A stretch of 64,000 nt of DNA from Deltaproteobacteria bacterium (GCA_032128375.1 JAQBGU010000135.1:7213-71212); one strand, 5' to 3'; shown: positions 7,712 through 18,306, counted from the stretch's first letter. Numbers and translations: made by a program. The notes: generated by a model not told the origin, from the sequence alone.

Positions 7712-9412
7712 ATGCAGCGGCATATCGAAATCGGATTGATCGGAGTCTGCGGCCTGGCCTGCATGTCGCTCCTATTGAAGAACCTCTCGTATCCCCTGAT
7801 GTGGCAGGACGAGGCCGAGACCGCGGTATTTGCGACCCGCATCCTGGACTACGGATTTCCCAAGGTGCACGGCAGTCGAAATGTGGTTTACGAATTCGGC
7901 TCGAACGTGGCACTTGGAATCGATGAGCGAACTGACGCTTACATTGGAACTACCTGGGGACACTTCTACTTCGCGGTTCCAGGTGTTCTGGCAGCCGCGG
8001 CAACCGACGATCTCTACGCGAAGACATGGCGGATCCGTCTGCCCTTCGCGCTGACCGGTGCACTCGGCATCGGCCTGACGGTGCTCGCGGTGATCCCGGT
8101 CTTTCGGGGTCGCCCCGGCCTGGCCAGGCGATTTGTGATCTATTTCTTGTTGCTCTCGTGCGCATCGATTTCGCTGCTGTTGCATCTTCGCGAGGCACGC
8201 TACTACGCGTTGTTGATTCTGCTGGTGGCTGCGATCGGCTGGGTTCACCTGCGCCATGTCGTGTTCGAAACGCTCAGCTACCGCCGATATGCGATCGCCC
8301 TCACGGGGCTGATGGTCCTGCTGTTCAACGTGTTCTACTCAGCGTTCTTCATGATTGGCCTGATACTGGCAATCGAAGCGCTGTGGCGGGAACGCCGCTC
8401 TTGCATCATGAGCCCCCCCCAGATCGGCTCGGGTGCGGCTCGGCGAATCGCGACGTCACTCGCGCCGCTGGCAGCCGCCGGGGTCTGCGTAATACCGCTG
8501 TTGGTCTACTTCGAGACGTTTCCGATCGCGGCCGAATTTTCGAAGCACGTTGGGTTCAGCGCGGCCGTATACCTGGCGAATAGTGAGAACCTCGTTTTCC
8601 ATCTGTTGCGACACGAACTGCTGGCGGTCGTAGTGTTATGCCGTGTAGCGGTTCTGGCCGCCGATCGGGTTTTGGGGGAGCCTCTCGAGCGCTGGGAAGC
8701 ACAGAGCCGTCGAGTCGCCTCGCAGATCGTTGGGTTTGCGCTGGGATATTCGCTGCTCAGTTGCCTCAATCCACTGGTATACGAGCGCTACTACATCGTG
8801 TTGAGCCCCCTGTTGACAGTGGTATTCGTTCTCGATGCGATGTGCCTCAGCGCGCGGGCGAGGGCACACGACCGATCCCGGGGCGGGTGGGTCAACGTGT
8901 TTGCAGTCGCGACGATCCTCGCGTTGACCACAGTGACGGGAACCACGCGAATCCAGGACGTGCGCGGCCGGTTGCGCGAGATTTCGGAGCCCTATCTCGG
9001 CCCGTTGGACTACGTGATCCCGTGGATCCGCGAACAATATCCACATCCGGAGGCGCTCGTGATCGCGACAAACTACGAGAATCATCCCTACATGTACTAC
9101 CTGGGCAGCCACACGATCGTAGGCCTCAGCCGCAATAACATCCGCCGGGACAGGCTGCTCGAGCCGGACCTGGTGGTGCCGCGTCGTCGCTGGCGCGCTT
9201 CGTTGCGAGACGCCATGGCCTTCGTTGAGCGTCGGCGTGGCGAATATCGCTCCGAAGTGTTCGAAGTGCGCGATCTGCACTACAACAATGTGCCGGCGCT
9301 CTCGAGATCGATGTCGACTCCCGATCCGCACCGGTTCGTGACGGCGCTTGCGGACCGCGACGAGCAGAGGCTCGAGGTCTATGTACGAGTCGAGCCGGAG
9401 GCGACGCCCTGA
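7712..9412 (+). CDS. polytopic membrane glycosyltransferase, GT-C fold (ArnT/PMT, GT39/83-like)
   Basis: 566 aa with many predicted TM helices. An early loop has YPLMWQDEAETAVFATRI (the family-typical DE motif), followed by a WRIRLPFALTGALGIGLTVLAV-type helix. Confidence 0.6.
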   Translation: MQRHIEIGLIGVCGLACMSLLLKNLSYPLMWQDEAETAVFATRILDYGFPKVHGSRNVVYEFGSNVALGIDERTDAYIGTTWGHFYFAVPGVLAAAATDDLYAKTWRIRLPFALTGALGIGLTVLAVIPVFRGRPGLARRFVIYFLLLSCASISLLLHLREARYYALLILLVAAIGWVHLRHVVFETLSYRRYAIALTGLMVLLFNVFYSAFFMIGLILAIEALWRERRSCIMSPPQIGSGAARRIATSLAPLAAAGVCVIPLLVYFETFPIAAEFSKHVGFSAAVYLANSENLVFHLLRHELLAVVVLCRVAVLAADRVLGEPLERWEAQSRRVASQIVGFALGYSLLSCLNPLVYERYYIVLSPLLTVVFVLDAMCLSARARAHDRSRGGWVNVFAVATILALTTVTGTTRIQDVRGRLREISEPYLGPLDYVIPWIREQYPHPEALVIATNYENHPYMYYLGSHTIVGLSRNNIRRDRLLEPDLVVPRRRWRASLRDAMAFVERRRGEYRSEVFEVRDLHYNNVPALSRSMSTPDPHRFVTALADRDEQRLEVYVRVEPEATP

Positions 9413-9523
9413 TGGGTCGACTCAGGGCATCGCAGGAAGCGACCGGAGCGGAAGGTTGTGGGCATTCGGCCGGGAGAAACGATTAGACTCGGGCCGAGCG
9501 GGGCAGAGCATGGGTGAGCGAGC

Positions 9524-10351
9524 ATGAAGTCGGTGTCTCGAGACAACCAGACGATTCGCGATTTCGGTGAACAATGGTCGCACTACGGCGACAACGAGGG
9601 TTTTTACGGCTCCGTCGAACTGCTCGCAGACATGCTGGGGCCGCTGGTTTCATTCGATGATCTGCGCGGGGCACGAGTCGCAGACATCGGCAGCGGTACC
9701 GGCAGGATCGTTCGAATGTTGCTCGACGCTGGTGTCGAGAGCGTGGTGGCAATCGAGCCTTCCGTGGGGGTCGAGATCCTTCGTGAGAATCTCCGCGAGT
9801 TCGGCGATCGCGTCGAGGTGATCCACGGCACCGGCGACGAGTTGCCGGCCGATCGCGAGCTGGATTTCGCGATTTCGATCGGTGTAATCCAGTTCATCCG
9901 AGATCCGCAACCCACGTTGCGAGCCGCACTCGGCGCGCTGCGACCCGGAGGCAAAGTCGTCATCTGGGTCTATGGCCACGAGGGCAATACTGCATATGTG
10001 CTCGCGTTGACTGCGCTGCGCTCGATCACGACGCGGCTGCCGCACTGGGCGCTAGCGGGGGTCTGTCAGCTCATGACAGGCTTCGTCGACGCGTACATCG
10101 CGTTATGCAGACTCACTGGGCTCCCGTTGCCATTGCACAACTACCTGGTCAACACATTGGCGCGTGTGACGCGGCGTGAGCGAACGCTGACGATCTACGA
10201 CCAGCTCAATCCCAGCTATGCGAAGTATTACCGTCGCAACGAGGTCGCTGAGATGCTCGAGAGAGCGGGTTTTGTTGACGTCCAGCTCCATCATCGACGC
10301 GAATACAGCTGGACGGCCATTGGCACCAGGCCCGAGCCGCGAAAATCGTGA
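9524..10351 (+). CDS. class I SAM-dependent methyltransferase
   Basis: Motif I VADIGSGTGRIVRMLLDAG is followed by a post-I acidic residue and GGKVVIWVY. Confidence 0.8.
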   Translation: MKSVSRDNQTIRDFGEQWSHYGDNEGFYGSVELLADMLGPLVSFDDLRGARVADIGSGTGRIVRMLLDAGVESVVAIEPSVGVEILRENLREFGDRVEVIHGTGDELPADRELDFAISIGVIQFIRDPQPTLRAALGALRPGGKVVIWVYGHEGNTAYVLALTALRSITTRLPHWALAGVCQLMTGFVDAYIALCRLTGLPLPLHNYLVNTLARVTRRERTLTIYDQLNPSYAKYYRRNEVAEMLERAGFVDVQLHHRREYSWTAIGTRPEPRKS

Positions 10352-10427
10352 GGTTTCTTCCGTGTCGTCGCCTGCACGATGAAGCGCGAGGCTGTCTGGC
10401 CCCTCCCCACGCGAAATTGAGCTAGAT

Positions 10428-11399
10428 TTGAAACCGTTGGTGCCGAAAACACGCCCTGACAACCCCCTCGTTTCGATTGTCGTGCCCGTTCTCAACGAGG
10501 AGGGCTGCGTCGGCGAACTCGCACGCCGTGTCGCGGCGGCTCTGGCGACTGCGAACACCCGTTACGAATTGCTTTTTGTCGACGACGGCAGCCGGGACGG
10601 CACGGCAGCGGCGATCGCCGACCTCCGCAGATCGGACCCCAGCGTGAAGACGATTCGTTTCACCAGGAGCTTCGGCCATCAGGCCGCGCTGGCTGCCGGG
10701 TTCAAACACGCAGCTGGTGATGCGGTCGTTATCATGGACGGTGACCTGCAGCATCCACCCGAGTTCATTCCCACGCTGATCAGCGCCTGGCTCGAGGGGA
10801 TCGACGTGGTCAGCACGATCCGTCGATCGCCCGCCGATTCGCGCTTGGATTCCAAGGAGCTTCTCGGGCGCGCCTTCTACCGGGTCATGTCCGCACTGAC
10901 GCCGATTTCCATCACGCCGGCCGCGGCTGACTTCCGCCTATTGGACCGTCGCGTCGTCGACGCGTTCAATGGGCTCGAGGAGCGCTTCATTTTCGCGCGC
11001 GGCCTGATCCCGTGGCTGGGTTTCGAAGAGGTCTATTTCGACTACGCGGTAGGCGATCGTTTTGCCGGCCGCAGCAAGTATCGGTTCTGGTCGATGCTTC
11101 GGCTGGCGCTCGATGGGATCTTCTCGTTTTCGGTAGTACCGCTGCGGCTGATCTCGTTGCTGGGTTTCGGGACCACATTGTTTGGGATCGGGTTCGGGAT
11201 CTTTTCCGTGTTTTCGTACCTGGCGGGCAACGTCGACGGTACGGGATGGACGACACTCGTCGTGCTGATCCTGACTTTTGGCGGGATCCAGATGCTCTCG
11301 ATCGGGATCGTCAGCGAATACATCGGCCGGACCTATGAGGAAGTGAAACGCCGTCCGCGCTACGTGATCGACTCTACGGCTGGGCTCGATCGACGGTGA
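10428..11399 (+). CDS. GT2 polyprenyl-phosphate glycosyltransferase (GtrB/ArnC/CsbB-like)
   Basis: VSIVVPVLNEE ... LLFVDDGSRDGT ... VIMDGDLQHPPEFIP, plus two C-terminal TM helices and EYIGRTYEEVKRRPRY. It has a TTG start, and its stop overlaps the next gene's GTG (GTGA at 11396..11399). Confidence 0.9.
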   Translation: MKPLVPKTRPDNPLVSIVVPVLNEEGCVGELARRVAAALATANTRYELLFVDDGSRDGTAAAIADLRRSDPSVKTIRFTRSFGHQAALAAGFKHAAGDAVVIMDGDLQHPPEFIPTLISAWLEGIDVVSTIRRSPADSRLDSKELLGRAFYRVMSALTPISITPAAADFRLLDRRVVDAFNGLEERFIFARGLIPWLGFEEVYFDYAVGDRFAGRSKYRFWSMLRLALDGIFSFSVVPLRLISLLGFGTTLFGIGFGIFSVFSYLAGNVDGTGWTTLVVLILTFGGIQMLSIGIVSEYIGRTYEEVKRRPRYVIDSTAGLDRR

Positions 11400-13516
11400 G
11401 CCGTTGGACGGTCGCGACCGCGATCGCCACGGCGCTGCTGTGGATCTCGCTGGGGACCCAGGCGTCACTGCCGACGCTGACCCGCGGCGCCGAGGATTGG
11501 TCTGGTGACTTCCGCTCCTACTACCTGCCCAACGCCGAGTTCGCGGCGAACCAGCTAGCGGAAGGACGCCTTCCGTTGTGGAATCCGTACCAGGGCGCGG
11601 GTGGGCCGTTCCTGGCGACGATCCAGCCGGGCGTCTTCTACCCGCCCAACTGGCTTCATCTGCTGCTGCCGTCTGCAACGGCATTCCTTGTGTTGATCGC
11701 ACTGCACCTGGCACTCGCGGTCGTGACCGCGAGCGCTCTTGCGCAACGCCTGGGCGCGTCGCCGATCGGTGGAGCAGTAGCGGGGCTGGCCTACGCGACA
11801 TCGTTTCAGCTGATTGGCAGCGTATGGACCCCACCGCTGGTTTACACTGCGTCGTGGATGCCGGCGGTGTTATTCGCTGTTGATCGGATCATCGATCGAC
11901 CCTCAGCGAAGTCGACGGCGCTGCTTGCGGCAGTGACCGCGCTTCCCGCGCTCGCGGGCTGGCCGTATACTCTGATGCTGACAGCACTGACCTGCGCGAT
12001 GTATGCAGCCACTCGCATGCTGATGGGGCTGGTGCGCGCGCGAGCGATTCCGTGGCGCGTGGGTGTTGCGCTTTCGGCCGGGGCGGCGATCGGCCTGCTG
12101 TTGGCGGCGCCGCAGTTGTACCCGGCATCGGAGTTGCTGGGGCGCAGTTGTCGCGCGTTGGGCTCGATCATCGAGGAGCAGGCCATCTTCGTGCCGGGTC
12201 CGCACGATCCGGAGATATTCATGAGAAGTATTCTCAGAAGCGGATTCAACGATGGCGTTCCGGGTTACGCGGCCTTGCTGCTTTCGCCCCTGGCGCTGTT
12301 GCTGCCGGGTCCACATCGGGGTCGCGTCGCGCTGCTGCTCGCCATCGGGGGCTTCGGGTTGCTCGCATCCTTCCCCGGCTCGGTTCCAGTCTACGGCTGG
12401 TTGCGGGAACTGCCCATTCTCGCTGATTTTCGATTTCCGTACCGGTACCGGCTGCTGTCGACGCTGGCACTCTCGATCGCCGCCGGCGTTGGCGCATCTC
12501 ACCTCCAGTACGCATTGCGCCGCTACTCACACGCTGGTTCCGCTGCTGGGGTAGTGGCGCTGATGGCTGCACTGGGATGGGGCAGCCTCCCGGTGCTGAA
12601 CACGGCAAGTCGCTTTGCGCGCGATTTCGGTCCGTCTCAATCGGTGGCCGAGCAGATCGCACAGATCGGTGCGGATTGGAAACCCGAGCCGTACGAGCGT
12701 GTCTACTGGACCGGTCGATCCCACAAGCTCCGCGATCCGAGCAACGTGTTCGTTGTCCACGACATGGAGCCGTTGACATTGGCGCGAACCGCACAATTGT
12801 TGACGTTCTTCGAAACCGGACGAGCCAGGACACTCCTCACGCTGAAGCCATCCAGCGATCCTCGCAAGAAGTACGAGGATTGGGTGGCAGCCCCGTTCTT
12901 CGGTTGGCTGAACCTTCCCGGTGACAGTGCACGGGCTGCGATCCTCGACGTGTTCTCGATCGGAACGATTGTCGACCGCGCGCCGCCGTATTGGCTGACC
13001 GACCGCTACGAGCGGATCTCGCCTGCCGGTGCCGAGTCGTCGGTCTTCCGCAACCCTCACGCGCTGCCCCGCGCGTACCGGGTCGCAGTTGCCATTGCGG
13101 AGCCGGCGAAGTTGGCGGACGCGTTGCGCCTGATGACATCGGAGCGTTTCAATCCACGCTCGATGGTGCTGTTGGACAACCCGCCCGCCCGGCTCTTGAC
13201 ACGCCGCCGCCCCGTGCCGTTCGACCCGAGCGGCGTCGAAATCGAACGCTATCTCCCAGATCGGGTCCGGCTGCAGACACGCGGCGCGACGGCGGCGATC
13301 GTCGTGCTGACCGACGCGCACTTCCCAGGCTGGACGGCGAGCTTGGATGGACAGCCGGTCGAGTTGTATCGGGCGAACGCGAATTTTCGCGGTGTTGCGG
13401 TCCCCGCCGGCGAACATGTGGTCGAGATGTACTACGCACCGCAATCATTGGCGTTCGGCAGCTGGCTGGCGGCGTTGGGCGCGCTTGGGATCGCGGTCGC
13501 GGTGTGGCGAAATTGA
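11396..13516 (+). CDS. YfhO-family membrane protein (GT-C-type glycosyltransferase)
   Basis: 706 aa and polytopic. The N-terminal region LAEGRLPLWNPYQGAGGPFLATIQPGVFYPPNWL is the YfhO-type signature as I know it. It is translationally coupled to the GT2 gene. Confidence 0.7.
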   Translation: MSRWTVATAIATALLWISLGTQASLPTLTRGAEDWSGDFRSYYLPNAEFAANQLAEGRLPLWNPYQGAGGPFLATIQPGVFYPPNWLHLLLPSATAFLVLIALHLALAVVTASALAQRLGASPIGGAVAGLAYATSFQLIGSVWTPPLVYTASWMPAVLFAVDRIIDRPSAKSTALLAAVTALPALAGWPYTLMLTALTCAMYAATRMLMGLVRARAIPWRVGVALSAGAAIGLLLAAPQLYPASELLGRSCRALGSIIEEQAIFVPGPHDPEIFMRSILRSGFNDGVPGYAALLLSPLALLLPGPHRGRVALLLAIGGFGLLASFPGSVPVYGWLRELPILADFRFPYRYRLLSTLALSIAAGVGASHLQYALRRYSHAGSAAGVVALMAALGWGSLPVLNTASRFARDFGPSQSVAEQIAQIGADWKPEPYERVYWTGRSHKLRDPSNVFVVHDMEPLTLARTAQLLTFFETGRARTLLTLKPSSDPRKKYEDWVAAPFFGWLNLPGDSARAAILDVFSIGTIVDRAPPYWLTDRYERISPAGAESSVFRNPHALPRAYRVAVAIAEPAKLADALRLMTSERFNPRSMVLLDNPPARLLTRRRPVPFDPSGVEIERYLPDRVRLQTRGATAAIVVLTDAHFPGWTASLDGQPVELYRANANFRGVAVPAGEHVVEMYYAPQSLAFGSWLAALGALGIAVAVWRN

Positions 13517-13591
13517 TTGGCGTGAGTCGATTCGCGATCGAGCTACCTGAGTTGCCGGACCTGAGACGCCCGACTCGTATGGGTCAGCCTG

Positions 13592-15133
13592 CTAGATGAT
13601 ACGCGACTTGCGATCGCCCCAGTAGCGGTCCTTCAGCAACCGCTTGTAGAGCTTTCCGGTTGGGTGCCGCGGAAGCTCGGCCTCGAAGTCGATCGAGCGC
13701 GGGCATTTGATCTTCGCCAGCTGGGACTTGCAATACTCCAATAACTCGGCCTCCAGTTCGGAGTTCGCGTCCGCCATGTCGATGGGTTGGACAACAGCCT
13801 TCACCTCTTCGCCGAAATCCTCGTTGGGAATGCCGAACACCGCGGCGTCTGCGACTTTGGGGTGCGTAATGAGAACGTTTTCTGCCTCCTGCGGGTAGAT
13901 GTTCACGCCGCCGGAGATGATCATGTTCGACTTGCGATCCGTCAGGAAGAGATAGCCCTCTTCGTCCAGGTAGCCGATGTCGCCCAGCGTGCTCCAGCCC
14001 TTGGCGTTCTGGGATTCCGCGGTCTTCTTCGAGTCTCCGTGGTATTCAAACTTTCCGCCACCTGCGAAGTAGATTCCACCCGGTGTCCCGATCGGCTGCT
14101 CCTCGCCGGCGTCATCGAGGATGTGAATTTCGCCAAGCAGCGCTCGGCCGACCGAACCCTTGTGGGTCATCCACTCGTCCGAGTTGATCGTGGTGAATCC
14201 GTTGCCTTCGGTGCCCGCGTAGTATTCGAACAATACAGGTCCCCACCAATCGATCATTTTTTCTTTTACCGGCACAGGGCAGGGGGCTGCGGCGTGGATC
14301 GCACTTTTCAGGCTCGACAAGTCGTGGAGCGCGCGCTGCTCGTCGCTGAGTTTGAACATCCGCACGAACATCGACGGCACCCATTGGCTGATAGTCACCT
14401 GGTGCGCTTCGATCAGGCGCAGTGCCTCCATCGCATCGAAGGACTCCATCAAAACGCAGGTCGCGCCGAGCCGCATCATCGCCATGTTGAAGCGCAACGG
14501 CGCCGCGTGATAGAAGGGGGCGGGTGACAGGTAGACGCTGTCCTGATCGGCTCCGTACAGGCCCTTCAGCAGTCCGAGCATCGCGGGTGCCGTACCGATC
14601 GGCTTGCCATCGAACGGGATCGAGACGCCTTTGGGGCGCCCTGTCGTTCCCGATGAATACAGCATGTCGTTGCCCTCGACTTCATCATCGATCGGCTCGG
14701 ACGGCTGCGCTGCGATGGTCTTTTCCCAATCGGGGTATGCATCGATCGAACCGCCAACCAGATAGCGGCCGTCCAGGCCGGACAGCGGTTCGCGCACCTG
14801 CTCGGCTACGTCGCGGAGCTGGTGCGACCCGACATACACGCGCGCGCCGCAATTCGTGACGATGTACTCGAGCTCGGATGCCGTCAGCCGCGAGCTGATC
14901 GCGGTGTAGATGATGCCGGAACGTTGCGCGGCCCAACAGATCTCGAAAAAGCGCGCGTTGTTTTCCATGTGGATCGCGATGTGGTCGCCCGCCTGCAGGC
15001 CGAGCGAGCGGAACAACTGGGCGCCGCGATTCGAAGCTTCGTCAAGCTGCCCGTACGTGATGGTCTCGCCGCTGGCGGCCATCCGATACGCGACCTTGTC
15101 GGGCAGTGTCTTGGCGAGTTCACCGGGATACAT
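13592..15133 (-). CDS. acyl-CoA synthetase / AMP-dependent ligase
   Basis: AMP-binding motif YSSGTTGRPKGV; the C-terminal region reads GDIGYLDEEGYLFLTDRKSNMIISGGVNIYP ... PRHPTGKLYKRLL. Confidence 0.92.
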   Translation of the reverse strand: MYPGELAKTLPDKVAYRMAASGETITYGQLDEASNRGAQLFRSLGLQAGDHIAIHMENNARFFEICWAAQRSGIIYTAISSRLTASELEYIVTNCGARVYVGSHQLRDVAEQVREPLSGLDGRYLVGGSIDAYPDWEKTIAAQPSEPIDDEVEGNDMLYSSGTTGRPKGVSIPFDGKPIGTAPAMLGLLKGLYGADQDSVYLSPAPFYHAAPLRFNMAMMRLGATCVLMESFDAMEALRLIEAHQVTISQWVPSMFVRMFKLSDEQRALHDLSSLKSAIHAAAPCPVPVKEKMIDWWGPVLFEYYAGTEGNGFTTINSDEWMTHKGSVGRALLGEIHILDDAGEEQPIGTPGGIYFAGGGKFEYHGDSKKTAESQNAKGWSTLGDIGYLDEEGYLFLTDRKSNMIISGGVNIYPQEAENVLITHPKVADAAVFGIPNEDFGEEVKAVVQPIDMADANSELEAELLEYCKSQLAKIKCPRSIDFEAELPRHPTGKLYKRLLKDRYWGDRKSRII

Positions 15134-15235
15134 GGGGCTCCTTCAGGTCGCCGCGCTGTGTGACGATGCATCGAGTTGCTTCGTCTCGCCGCTGCTCTCG
15201 CAACGGCAGGCCCGAGTCTAGATTCGATGAGCCCG

Positions 15236-16192
15236 TCACGCAGCGGGTGCTGGAAACAGCAGGTCGATCTGTGCGGTGAGCTGGCCGGGAATCGACAACC
15301 CCGAAGCCGCGACGTTTTCTTCGAGTTGACTCGTGTGCGTCACACCGACGATCGCGCTGGCGACATGCGGCTCCCGGAGACACCACGCGATCGCGAGTTG
15401 GGCCATCGAAACGTCCAGTTTTTCCGCGATCGCCGACAGCGCCTGGACACGTTCGAGGGCCGCGGGCTCTAGTAGATTCCTCATCCAGCCACTTCTTTCG
15501 GCATCGGCTGCCCGGCTGTTGGCCCCGCGCGCGCCACCGGAATACTTGCCGCTCAGCACTCCCTGGGCCAGTGGGCTGAAGACGATATGAGATAGCCCCT
15601 CGCGGACACAGGTGGCTGTCACGTCCGATTCGATGCCGCGCCTCAGGATTGAGTACTCGGGCTGACTGGAAACCGGTTGGAACGCGCCGTGGCGCTCCGC
15701 TGCGCGGCAGGCCTGTTCGATCTGTTTGCTCGTCCATTGGGAAACCCCCCAGTACAAGAGTTTCCCTTGGCGAATCAGGTCTTCGTATGCGCGGACGGTT
15801 TCGTCGATGGGCGTTGTCGGGTCCCAACGGTGGCATTGGTGGAGGTCCAGGTAGTCGACGCGAAGCCGGCGCAGCGACTCCTCCACGCTTTCGAACAGGT
15901 GCTTGCGCGACAGCCCGCGGTCGTTGGCGCGATCCGAGATCGGGAAGAAACACTTGCTGGCGATGACCAGGTGCCGTCGGGGGAGCCCCTCCAAAGCGCG
16001 GCCGAGCTCGATCTCGGCGGCGCCGTCGGCATAGACATCCGCGGTATCGAACAGGTTCACTCCCAGCTCGAACGCGCGCCGGACGATCTTGCGGCTGGCC
16101 TGAGAATCGAGCTTGGAGCCGAGCGTGAGCCACGACCCCAACCCGATTTCGCTAACCGCAAGTCCACTATGGCCGAGTCGTCGGTACTGCAC
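15236..16192 (-). CDS. aldo/keto reductase
   Basis: MQYRRLGHSGLAVSEIGLGSW ... AFELGVNLFDTADVYADG is the canonical AKR N-terminus. Confidence 0.92.
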   Translation of the reverse strand: MQYRRLGHSGLAVSEIGLGSWLTLGSKLDSQASRKIVRRAFELGVNLFDTADVYADGAAEIELGRALEGLPRRHLVIASKCFFPISDRANDRGLSRKHLFESVEESLRRLRVDYLDLHQCHRWDPTTPIDETVRAYEDLIRQGKLLYWGVSQWTSKQIEQACRAAERHGAFQPVSSQPEYSILRRGIESDVTATCVREGLSHIVFSPLAQGVLSGKYSGGARGANSRAADAERSGWMRNLLEPAALERVQALSAIAEKLDVSMAQLAIAWCLREPHVASAIVGVTHTSQLEENVAASGLSIPGQLTAQIDLLFPAPAA

Positions 16193-16290
16193 GGTCGCGA
16201 ATTCTATCTCAACTGGGCTTTTTGCCTCAGTTCAGTCAGTACTCCTTTCGGCACTCCTTTCGATACAACAATCGGTAGACTTCGAGCGCT

Positions 16291-16866
16291 GTGTTGAATC
16301 TCGCCGCTGAAACCGACCCGACTTGGGTCGACCGAGCCCTCGCTGATCTCGAGGAGCTGCTCCTCGACCACGCGCACTGCGAGCGCAAGGCCGCGGGCTT
16401 GGCCGTACGCATGATGTTCCGCTACCCCGACCTTGGGTACTTGCACGAACCGTTATCGCGGCTGGCGCGTGAGGAACTCGCCCACTATGAAGAAGTGCTG
16501 CGCGTGATCGGTGCCCGCGGCGGTGTACTGCGGCGCCAGAAACCCAGCTCCTACGCGGGCCAACTGACAAAGGCGATTCGAGGCCGGGAACCGGAAAGGC
16601 TGATCGACACATTGGTCGTGGCCGCGATCATCGAGGCCCGCAGTTGCGAACGCTTCAAACTGCTGGCGGCTGCGGTCGGCGACCCGACACTGGCGAAACT
16701 CTACAGTGGTCTGCTGGCTTGTGAGGCGCGCCATCACAACATCTACTTCGAGCTGGCGGTCCGCGCCGGCGGCGAGGTCGTCGCCAAAGATCGGCTGCGC
16801 GAACTCGCCGCGCGCGAGGCTGAAATCCTGTCGACCCCCGGGCCGAGCGTTCGAATGCACAGCTGA
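16291..16866 (+). CDS. miaE: tRNA-(ms2io6A)-hydroxylase MiaE-like di-iron protein
   Basis: LLLDHAHCERKAAG ... LAREELAHYEEVL ... IIEARSCERF ... LACEARHHNIYFEL is the MiaE four-helix di-iron pattern. GTG start. Confidence 0.8.
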   Translation: MLNLAAETDPTWVDRALADLEELLLDHAHCERKAAGLAVRMMFRYPDLGYLHEPLSRLAREELAHYEEVLRVIGARGGVLRRQKPSSYAGQLTKAIRGREPERLIDTLVVAAIIEARSCERFKLLAAAVGDPTLAKLYSGLLACEARHHNIYFELAVRAGGEVVAKDRLRELAAREAEILSTPGPSVRMHS

Positions 16867-16946
16867 CACGACGTCGCCCGACCCAGCATGAGTCGGGCTC
16901 CTTGCCACACCCAACACAGCCAATTCGAGCATCAGGAGGAACCACG

Positions 16947-17690
16947 ATGGACATCACGACCGAACCAATTTCGATTCCAGTTTCGGACGGAAGCACGATG
17001 GGCGGATTCCTCGCGCGCCCAAGTGCGGGGGGAACCTACCCGGCGGTCATCGTTTACATGGAGATCTTCGGTGTGAACGCGCACATCCGTGACGTAACCG
17101 AGCGCGTCGCACGCGAAGGCTACGTGGCGTTGGCGCCTGACTACTTTCATCGGACCGGCCCGGGTGTCGAATATGCCTATGACGAGCAAGGCATGGGAAA
17201 GGGCATCGCGTTGATGGGGCGGCTCAAAGCGGACGAGATGATCGCCGACGCGAATGCGGCGATTCAAGCACTGCGCAAGCGCTCAGAAGTGAACGGCGAC
17301 AAAATCGGATGCATGGGTTTTTGCATCGGCGGCCACATGACCTACCTGACCGCCTGCGAGACAGACGTAGCGTGTGCGGCCAGCTTCTACGGTGGCGGAA
17401 TCGCAGCACCCGTGGGGCTCGGTGGAGCAGCCTCCACGATCGGACGAACGGCGAAGATCAAAGGGCAAATCTTGTGTCTATTCGGCGCCAACGACGGCTT
17501 CATTCCACTCGATCAAGTCGAGGCCATCAAGTCGGCGCTCGCCGACGCAGGCGTGGATCACGAAACGGTTGTGTACCCCGGCGCAGACCACGGATTCTTC
17601 TGCGATGCCCGCGATGGTTTTCAGCAAGCCGCCGCCAGCGATGCGTGGGAGCGAGTCAAGGAGATGTTTCACTCCAAGCTCGCGAGCTGA
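16947..17690 (+). CDS. dienelactone hydrolase family protein
   Basis: PAVIVYMEIFGVNAHIRDVTERVAREGYVALAPDYFHR plus the nucleophile elbow GFCIGG. The ATG at 16947 lies behind AGGAGGA. Confidence 0.9.
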   Translation: MDITTEPISIPVSDGSTMGGFLARPSAGGTYPAVIVYMEIFGVNAHIRDVTERVAREGYVALAPDYFHRTGPGVEYAYDEQGMGKGIALMGRLKADEMIADANAAIQALRKRSEVNGDKIGCMGFCIGGHMTYLTACETDVACAASFYGGGIAAPVGLGGAASTIGRTAKIKGQILCLFGANDGFIPLDQVEAIKSALADAGVDHETVVYPGADHGFFCDARDGFQQAAASDAWERVKEMFHSKLAS

Positions 17691-17936
17691 CGAACCAGCG
17701 TCGAATTTCCCCCGGGGTGATGTACCCGTTCGCCGCAGGAGAGATTGCAGAACACTTGACAAACGAAGGTGGCGCAGGGCACCTTGAAGTCGCGCTGACT
17801 GGGCTGTAACCCCGTTTTGGCCTCGTGGTGGGGCCGTTGATCGAAGGCGCACGAGAAAAGTTCGGCAGCCCATTGTGTGTTACCCCTTCTATGGTCAGCA
17901 CGTTCGATGAACACCGGAAGGGTAGGAGAGGAAATA

Positions 17937-18140
17937 ATGGCAGGCGGTACAGTAAAGTGGTTCAGCGATGAGAAGGGCTATGGATTCATCGTTCCCGACG
18001 ATGGCTCGAAAGATCTCTTCGTGCATTTCTCCAACATCGAGGGCGATGGTTTCAAGTCGCTTTCCGAGGGCCAGAAAGTGACCTTCGAGCCGGGCGAAGG
18101 CCGCAGGGGACCGGAGGCCACTATCGTCCGACCTGCTTGA
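17937..18140 (+). CDS. cspA: cold-shock protein (CspA family)
   Basis: [34 protein letters not shown] contains the RNP1/RNP2 motifs. The start lies behind GGTAGGAGAGG, and the upstream untranslated spacer is long (about 245 nt). Confidence 0.95.
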   Translation: MAGGTVKWFSDEKGYGFIVPDDGSKDLFVHFSNIEGDGFKSLSEGQKVTFEPGEGRRGPEATIVRPA

Positions 18141-18168
18141 ATGCGCGAAAACAGCAACGGAACCCAAC

Positions 18169-18200
18169 GGCGGCCCCGATCGCGGGCCGCCGCATCTTTG
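18169..18200 (+). terminator. rho-independent terminator after cspA
   Basis: GGCGGCCC-CGATCGC-GGGCCGCC forms a perfect 8-bp GC stem and is followed by GCATCTTTGT. Confidence 0.6.
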
Positions 18201-18306
18201 TCAGACCGGCCGCACGCGAGTAGTTCGAGTGGCCGCAGGCGCTTTGTTCCGGCGGCAGACGCTCTATTTGACCGGTCGTCATCTCTTGGACCGCCGATAT
18301 GTGTGA

